Assembly (NCBI GenBank): GCA_964580035.1
Contig: CAZOJC010000005.1
Span: 9,198 to 73,197, forward strand
Length of the DNA: 64,000 nt
Direction of reading: 5' to 3'
Source of the DNA: an uncultured Candidatus Peribacteria bacterium
Lineage (GTDB): Bacteria > Patescibacteriota > Gracilibacteria > Peribacterales > Peribacteraceae
Part shown: piece after piece, positions 59,501 to 64,000 of the stretch
Position numbering within the stretch: position 1 is the stretch's first letter
How the letters are laid out: the number at the start of each line of letters is the position of its first letter
The notes under the pieces: model-generated
What the model saw: the letters and a program-made list of their open reading frames with translations, nothing else
Told to the model about the DNA's origin: nothing
Databases searched by the model: none
Translations under genes and position numbers: made by a program

Positions 59501-59533
59501 CATGCCGGTGATTGAGAGTGTGATCCTCGTCAT
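56495..59533 (-). CDS. copA: Copper-translocating P1B-type ATPase with a 270-aa C-terminal extension
   Basis: HMA motif GMHCASC; TGES; CPC ([12 protein letters not shown]); DKTGTLT; [10 protein letters not shown]. The canonical end [15 protein letters not shown] falls at aa ~742 of 1012. Confidence 0.9.
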   Translation of the reverse strand: MTRITLSITGMHCASCAGLITRSLTKTDGVLSAHVNLASEKATIDFDPTKLDSKTIITLIKKAGYGAAEVTGDIHHAHAEQTALVFRSFIASLLLSLPMVYFMLLDFFFWLPGSVTLPPSIGIASLLLATPVQFFLGLRFYRGTWSALRMGTFSMDSLIAIGTTVAYLYSVANLVWYAVVTGSIVGLSGEKIPNLYFETSALLITFVLLGKWLEAKAKGKTSQAIEKLLGLQAQRAHVVRAGATIDIAIEEVVVGDTLLVRPGEKIPVDGIITSGTTHVDESMITGESMPVKKNAGDTVIGATINGHGSIEMTAKKVGEDTVLSHIIRLVTEAQGSRAPIQNIADRISAWFVPGVIVASLATFLLWFFFMGSTLSVALMTATAVIVIACPCALGLATPTAIMVGTGRGASLGVLIKGGEPLEAASKIDTIVFDKTGTLTVGMPSVTDVLCFGEITEADIVRISASIERQSEHPLAIAIRAAAQTRGIEPLQVSEFQVFAGKGVAGMIDGTHYSLGNRSLLEDRGISTRNIEAALDSLEAQGKTTVILANATNSIGIIGIADTVKPTARAAVQKLVSMGIDVIMMTGDQKRTAQSIAASLGIQAVLANVLPGEKVKKIQELQAQGKRVAMVGDGINDAPALAQATLGIAMGSGTDIAMEAGGIVLMRSDPLAVVTSLELSRATMRTIRQNLFFALVYNCIGIPIAARLLYSSFGLFLSPELAGLAMALSSVSVVLNALLLRSFSPQKMRLLPLLAPVIMVIVFLGLFYESAKLSTLLMSSNTRFASLETTHRSLSAINRGDLVGVLSPVGQLKLFLRMPEGGLGVPVSEGVSELSFGDIILGADEAAMMRREKLIGPMNSELRDAFGLEKVRITGVLERTGTVLDDLHVVSAETFDSLASIGDMLIIDDLGVPKIFLRARDAAALPESIRAFLGPNDLQIDESGRASIAIGFREARMMKRRGLIKGEGSLIDGFFGTFVRIGTILPPTKTMLDEVHIVPDALQLKAPESLGSP

Positions 59534-59564
59534 GTCGGTAAAAGAGGAAGAAGGTACGCAAGAG

Positions 59565-60896
59565 CTATGGCGTCACAGTAAATACGCCGGAGTACATGCC
59601 CATCGAACATGTGAAACGGAGAGAGCCGGGTTCTTGAGGCGTGAATTCAATGATGTTTTCTCCCGGGGAGAGCATTCGCGTGATACCGAGTGTGGGAATA
59701 CGAATGCTACTTGCACACGAGCGAGTGTCTAATGAATTGATTATCCATCGCACCGGTATGCCTTGTTTGACGCTCAGTGACGATGGTCGATATCCGTAGC
59801 TATCTTGTTCCATGCGCACTTCTTGTACGCCATTTACGACGTTCGCTTTGGGCAGAACACTCTCTTGCCGCGTTGGTAACGTCACTCCTGTGAGGTTTAC
59901 CCCTGCACGGAGATTCATGACAGCGAAAACGATCACTGCAATGCCGGCAACTTTAAAAAAGATTCGTCCGAACATGCCACGCGTCAAAGATGTAATGCCG
60001 CCAATACCTAAGAGTCCTGGAGCAGTGCCTAGAGCAAACGCACTCATAACAAGAGCGCCTTGAAAAAATCCTCCCGACACCACCGCAGTCATTTGAACAA
60101 TCTGTGTAAAGCCGCAGGGTAGAAAAAATGTCAGTGCACCAATCATGAACGATCGATCATGGCCGTACTCTTTTTCATGTCTTCGATGCATGCCAAGCGC
60201 GCGGGCTATCCCAGAGGGAAGGGCAAACGTCTTAGAGCTGAGAGCAGGAGAAATCCCTGTAATCTGGATGCCCATAATGAGCATCGGTATAGAAACGAGT
60301 ATCAAGAGAATGCCAAGTGCGACACTTGATGGCATCAAGAGAGTGCCAAAGAGCCCAAGCATACCTCCAAAGAACGCAAAGCCGATCACTCTCCCAGCAT
60401 TAAAGTATGCGTGTGGACGAAATTTTTGAAGGACTGTCGCCTCAGGATGCTTTTCCGCATGCCTTGCTGAAACGCCAAGCACGAGCCCGCCCACAAGTGC
60501 CATACACGTTGAGACACCAGCTGCAAGACCAAGGAAGAGAGAGGATGTTAATCCTTGAGAATCGTGTATAAAAGAAAGAGAGGAAACGTTAGTGCTCTGT
60601 AGTACCCTCAGAGAAACGAGTGCAATCATTACTGCCAACAGGAGTAGTCCATACTCCTCTCCGTCTGAACTGAGCCAAGGAATATGATTCTTTTCTCCAA
60701 TGTCATATCCAGCGTTCCGTATCGCTGCATGTATACGTTGTAGATCGATGTCGCCATTCGATCCAATAGTCACTCTCCCTTTTTTAGTACTCGCTTTCAC
60801 GGTCAGCGTGCTATCAAGGTCGCGTAGAGCGTTCTCAAGAACCAGCTCGCAGGATGCGCAGTGCATGCCACGGACGGGTATGTCGACATGTTTCAT
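59565..60896 (-). CDS. HMA domain + TauE/SafE-like (DsbD_2-like) membrane domain + C-terminal cupredoxin-like domain protein
   Basis: GMHCASC at the N-terminus, about 6 or more TM helices, and a C-terminal beta domain [20 protein letters not shown]...[10 protein letters not shown]. Confidence 0.7.
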   Translation of the reverse strand: MKHVDIPVRGMHCASCELVLENALRDLDSTLTVKASTKKGRVTIGSNGDIDLQRIHAAIRNAGYDIGEKNHIPWLSSDGEEYGLLLLAVMIALVSLRVLQSTNVSSLSFIHDSQGLTSSLFLGLAAGVSTCMALVGGLVLGVSARHAEKHPEATVLQKFRPHAYFNAGRVIGFAFFGGMLGLFGTLLMPSSVALGILLILVSIPMLIMGIQITGISPALSSKTFALPSGIARALGMHRRHEKEYGHDRSFMIGALTFFLPCGFTQIVQMTAVVSGGFFQGALVMSAFALGTAPGLLGIGGITSLTRGMFGRIFFKVAGIAVIVFAVMNLRAGVNLTGVTLPTRQESVLPKANVVNGVQEVRMEQDSYGYRPSSLSVKQGIPVRWIINSLDTRSCASSIRIPTLGITRMLSPGENIIEFTPQEPGSLRFTCSMGMYSGVFTVTP

Positions 60897-60916
60897 TGTG
60901 ATAAGGGGAAGCAGGA

Positions 60917-61189
60917 TTACTTACCAGCAATTTTCGTGACTCGGATGATTTCTTCGATGAGCGATTGCTTCTTGGCTGGGCTAGCACTCGCTATTGCGCT
61001 GGCAACACAGGTATGGAGATGCCCTTCCAACAGCGATTGATGCGCGGATTTTAGGAGCCCTATCGCCGCAAGATTTTGCTGCATGATGTCGATGCAGTAG
61101 TCATCGTTGGCAAGCATAGTGCTGATTTTCTGCAGAAGCCCTTGGGCTTTCTTGAGTGTGATTAGCGCTTCTTTTCTGTCTGTAGTCAT
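60917..61189 (-). CDS. csoR: CsoR/RcnR-family metal-sensing transcriptional repressor
   Basis: Start at MTTDRKEALITLKKAQG. DDYCIDIMQQ...H...C pattern (Cys-His-Cys ligands). Confidence 0.85.
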   Translation of the reverse strand: MTTDRKEALITLKKAQGLLQKISTMLANDDYCIDIMQQNLAAIGLLKSAHQSLLEGHLHTCVASAIASASPAKKQSLIEEIIRVTKIAGK

Positions 61190-61209
61190 AGAGTGAAAGG
61201 AATGTCGAA

Positions 61210-61238
61210 AGGATACCTCCACCCTAGGTACAGGTCAA
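61210..61238 (-). promoter_or_regulatory. Promoter of the csoR-cop operon with a dyad in its spacer (candidate CsoR operator)
   Basis: The minus strand reads TTGACC (61238-61233), a 17-nt spacer, then TATCCT (61215-61210). The inverted repeat TACCT-N7-AGGTA (61214-61230) spans the spacer. Confidence 0.45.
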
Positions 61239-61330
61239 GTAATTACTCTCAGACTGTAGCAACCCATAGAAATAATCATCCGTGCGGATATTTACAAACA
61301 CACAAAAGGTATGTAGGGTGATTCATTGTC

Positions 61331-62917
61331 ATGATAACTTCTCACCTTCCTGCCAGCATCGAAGCCTATTTGCGTGATGCACGCTTCACTGCGACCGAAA
61401 TTCTCGTCATCCGAAAAATGATTGAGGAGAGAGCTCTCACCCTGCGCGAGCTGGGATCGAAAACGGGAAAGAGTACGGGCGTCCTCGATCAAGCGGTGAA
61501 AAAGCTACTCAGTAAGAAGATCATGAAGCGAGAAATGATCAACGGACAGGCAAAATTTACGCTCGTCTCATTGGCCGCATTAGAACTGTGGATGCAGCAG
61601 CAAATCTCGCTTAAAAAGCAGCAGCTCGACAGGCAGCACCAGAACTTTTCAACATTCGTTGCATCGTTACAGAACGATAAGCATAAGCCCACAATGGAAT
61701 ATTTCGAGGGCGAAACGGGCATCCAGAAAGCCTACCTGCGTCTTCTGGATCTCGATAAAGAGATGCTCGTCTACCTCCCCGTTTCTTGCAAAGAAGAAGA
61801 CGATCACATGCGAGAGCAGAGGCTGCAGTTCTTTCGAGATCGACACAAGAAAAAGGTGTTTCAGCGCATCATTGCCCACGACACCCCCCTCGGAGCGAGG
61901 TACCAGAGCAGGGATGTCTTCGAGTACCGAAAAACGGTGCTTGTGTCACCGGAAGAAATTCCCATAGAATTTGAAAAAATAATTGCCGGAGACACGTATG
62001 CGTGTTTCGATCATTCGTCTCAAAAGGCATGTTTCATTATGTATCCTCTCTTTGCTCAGGCAGAGCGCATTGCGTTTGAGATGATTTGGAAGAATCACCA
62101 GAAGACATCATGCATGAGCAGGGCCAGCGAAGTGTGCTCGAAGCAGTGCAATACAGCACCTCACATTAGCCTTCGAACACGATTGCTCTCCACTCTCCGA
62201 GAGAAGATTTTGAATCGAAGAATGATAGTTGCACTCGCATCTCTTGCCATGCTCACAGGCCTTATCACGCTTGGTCTGTATGAAAATATCGTCCAGATGA
62301 ATCGTGCGAGGGTGCTGGATAAAGCCGTCGCCGCAGCAGCGACAGGAGCGCTTCAGTTTTCTGCAGAAGAAGTAGAGGAATTACAGAAGCCATCAGATAT
62401 CAATAAACCTGTGTATGAGAGCGTTGTACAAAAACTGGATCGAATCAGAAAGCAGAATACGAGAATAATGTATGTCTACATCATGCGTCCGACGGATGAC
62501 CCCAATTTTTTCGCCTTCGTCGCCGATGCAGATTCTCTCAATCCATTTGAAACAAGAGATGTCAATGGCGATGGAGTGATCAATCAAGCCGATCACTTAA
62601 GCCCGCCAGGAGAGCTCTACGACGTCAGCGAATATATCGAAGTCGCCAAGCATTCACTCATTGAGCCGTACGGCTCCACCACGATCTATGAAGATCTGTG
62701 GGGGTCGTACATTGCAGGATGGGCGCCCATAAAAGACGAAAGCGGAAAGACTGTTGCGGTGCTCGGAACAGATATACGCGCAGATGATGCTGAAAGACTC
62801 TCGGCCGAATCCTTTCCTCCACTCATACTTTTTTTGGGCTTTTTCACTCTCCTTCTCTTGGTCTCAGCTGTGACTGCCGCGTATCTCCACCGCTTAGAGC
62901 GGAGCACTCACCGATAA
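61331..62917 (+). CDS. Membrane-tethered TrmB-like winged-helix regulator, paralog of 53893-56052 (2 TM helices, one extracytoplasmic domain)
   Basis: The N-terminal ~90 aa are nearly collinear with the paralog (LPASIEAYLRDA.FTATEILVIRKMIEE.AL.LRELG.KTGKSTGVLDQAVKKLL). Sensor motif DLWGSYIAGWAPIKDESGKTVAVLGTDI. Confidence 0.7.
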   Translation: MITSHLPASIEAYLRDARFTATEILVIRKMIEERALTLRELGSKTGKSTGVLDQAVKKLLSKKIMKREMINGQAKFTLVSLAALELWMQQQISLKKQQLDRQHQNFSTFVASLQNDKHKPTMEYFEGETGIQKAYLRLLDLDKEMLVYLPVSCKEEDDHMREQRLQFFRDRHKKKVFQRIIAHDTPLGARYQSRDVFEYRKTVLVSPEEIPIEFEKIIAGDTYACFDHSSQKACFIMYPLFAQAERIAFEMIWKNHQKTSCMSRASEVCSKQCNTAPHISLRTRLLSTLREKILNRRMIVALASLAMLTGLITLGLYENIVQMNRARVLDKAVAAAATGALQFSAEEVEELQKPSDINKPVYESVVQKLDRIRKQNTRIMYVYIMRPTDDPNFFAFVADADSLNPFETRDVNGDGVINQADHLSPPGELYDVSEYIEVAKHSLIEPYGSTTIYEDLWGSYIAGWAPIKDESGKTVAVLGTDIRADDAERLSAESFPPLILFLGFFTLLLLVSAVTAAYLHRLERSTHR

Positions 62918-62977
62918 TAGTCAAAAATCTTCCGTCCGTTCCCCGTGTTTTCTCAGATGCTCTGATAGCGTACGTCC

Positions 62978-63409
62978 ATGCAGCGTGCGAGCATGGTGTG
63001 CCTCGGCCTCTTTCTTACCCTCATGGGCTTCCTCTTTGGAAGTATGCATACTGTACATCGTGTGCAGAGAGAGCGTCCCCTCACAATCACCGCATCGGTG
63101 TCCCCTCGGTTCAGCACCGTGCGGATCGAGGAAATCGGGTCAGTGTTTTCTGGAACAGCAAGCGGATCGGTTCGCTTGTTTCTTGGAGATAGATCGGTGC
63201 CCATTGAAGGAGGAAAATTCCAAGTGTCACTTGTCAAGAATATCACGCCTAAAACAGCTGCTCCCGTTGGCATGCAGTTCGTTGCTTCCAAGAGGGGCAA
63301 GTACTATTATCGTTTGAATACCGCAGCCGCCAACGCATTGAGCGAAGCCAATCGGTTGTATTTCCCAAGCGCGGAGGAAGCTGAGAGTGCAGGATACAAG
63401 AGGCGATGA
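62978..63409 (+). CDS. Small membrane-anchored protein with a C-terminal Ada-Zn-like / 'sunset'-like motif
   Basis: N-terminal TM helix MVCLGLFLTLMGFLFG. C-terminal GKYYYRLNTAAANALSEANRLYFPSAEEAESAGYK. Confidence 0.45.
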   Translation: MQRASMVCLGLFLTLMGFLFGSMHTVHRVQRERPLTITASVSPRFSTVRIEEIGSVFSGTASGSVRLFLGDRSVPIEGGKFQVSLVKNITPKTAAPVGMQFVASKRGKYYYRLNTAAANALSEANRLYFPSAEEAESAGYKRR

Positions 63410-63483
63410 TGTGAGCAGCGCCGTTGCGCCGTTCTCGCTCTTGGAAAAACTGCCTCTTTCCTGCTACTATTCTGTTTCCTACT

Positions 63484-64000
63484 ATGCCACCCAGCATCTT
63501 GCCACCGAAGAGGTCGAACAATCAGTTACTGACGCTTATTTCCATTGTCATCATTCTGTTCAGCGCGGTGTATTACATGACGCAGCCGCAAGGAGGTGAG
63601 GAGCAGAAGCTCTCGCAAGCGAAAGAAATCTCCCTGAGCGACATGACGCGAGGGTATGCAGAGCGAGAGTTCGAATCGATGATCATTCGTGGCAATTCAA
63701 TTTTCGCAAAGACACTCTCTGGCACGTATGTTCAGTCATACAAAGAGAGCTCTGAAACCGTGAGCAATCTTGGCTGGAACGACCCCAAAAATCCCACCCG
63801 CGTAGAAGTGGACAATATAGAGGTGAAAAACTTTTTTAAGGCACGCATTGGGGACATCATTTTCTTCTTAATAATAATTGCGCTCGGCATGTGGGTGCTT
63901 AGGTCCATCTCTCGCGGCCAAAACAATGCCCTTTCATTTGGTAAGTCCAAGGCTCGCATCTCAGACGCGAGAGACGTGAAGACCACCTTCAAAGAAGTGG
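63484..64000 (+). CDS. ftsH: ATP-dependent zinc metalloprotease FtsH, N-terminal part (partial, runs off the window end)
   Basis: Not in the ORF track because it has no stop. Manual translation from ATG 63484 gives MPPSILPPKRSNNQLLTLISIVIILFSAVYY...(periplasmic)...IIFFLIIIALGMWVLRSISRGQNNALSFGKSKARI..., which is the typical FtsH TM1-loop-TM2-FGKSKA pattern. Confidence 0.85.
   Translation, partial: MPPSILPPKRSNNQLLTLISIVIILFSAVYYMTQPQGGEEQKLSQAKEISLSDMTRGYAEREFESMIIRGNSIFAKTLSGTYVQSYKESSETVSNLGWNDPKNPTRVEVDNIEVKNFFKARIGDIIFFLIIIALGMWVLRSISRGQNNALSFGKSKARISDARDVKTTFKEV

Overview
Bacterial chromosomal window read with the standard genetic code: ORFs of 2-3.3 kb are uninterrupted and I saw no sign of UGA recoding. 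Gene density is high, and many neighbouring genes overlap by ATGA or TAATG. Base composition is mosaic. GC-rich blocks (one 60-nt line in ligA hand-counted at 60% GC) carry housekeeping genes: ligA, pstSCAB, a znuABC-like operon, rlmI, rel, pilT, hpf, rplY, uvrC, pyrG, pyrD/pyrK, a csoR-copA copper operon and the start of ftsH. Visibly AT-richer blocks (one line in the 802-aa ORF hand-counted at 25% GC) lie at about 0.86-2.0, 20.5-27.7, 34.6-36.7, 41.4-44.6 and 49.1-56.1 kb and carry mostly ORFs with no family I can name. Also present are a CDP-hexose glycan cluster (3.8-10 kb), a tnpA-only IS200/IS605 element and a frame-split metallophosphoesterase. I found no rRNA, tRNA or CRISPR array. The best candidates for something undescribed are: (1) an AT-rich four-gene operon of large proteins with no recognisable family (20.5-26.1 kb), linked by a shared small-protein motif to a three-gene operon beside pilT (34.6-37 kb); (2) a Rel/SpoT enzyme fused to a ~460-aa EamA-type membrane module, preceded by a promoter-plus-hairpin leader; (3) one extracytoplasmic sensor module shared by a histidine kinase and two membrane-tethered TrmB-like regulators; (4) an NYN-nuclease gene bracketed by direct repeats of a neighbouring gene's 3' end; (5) domain insertions in UvrC and CopA. 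All family assignments come from reading motifs by eye; no database search was run. The lineage (possibly a reduced, uncultured bacterium) is inference only.
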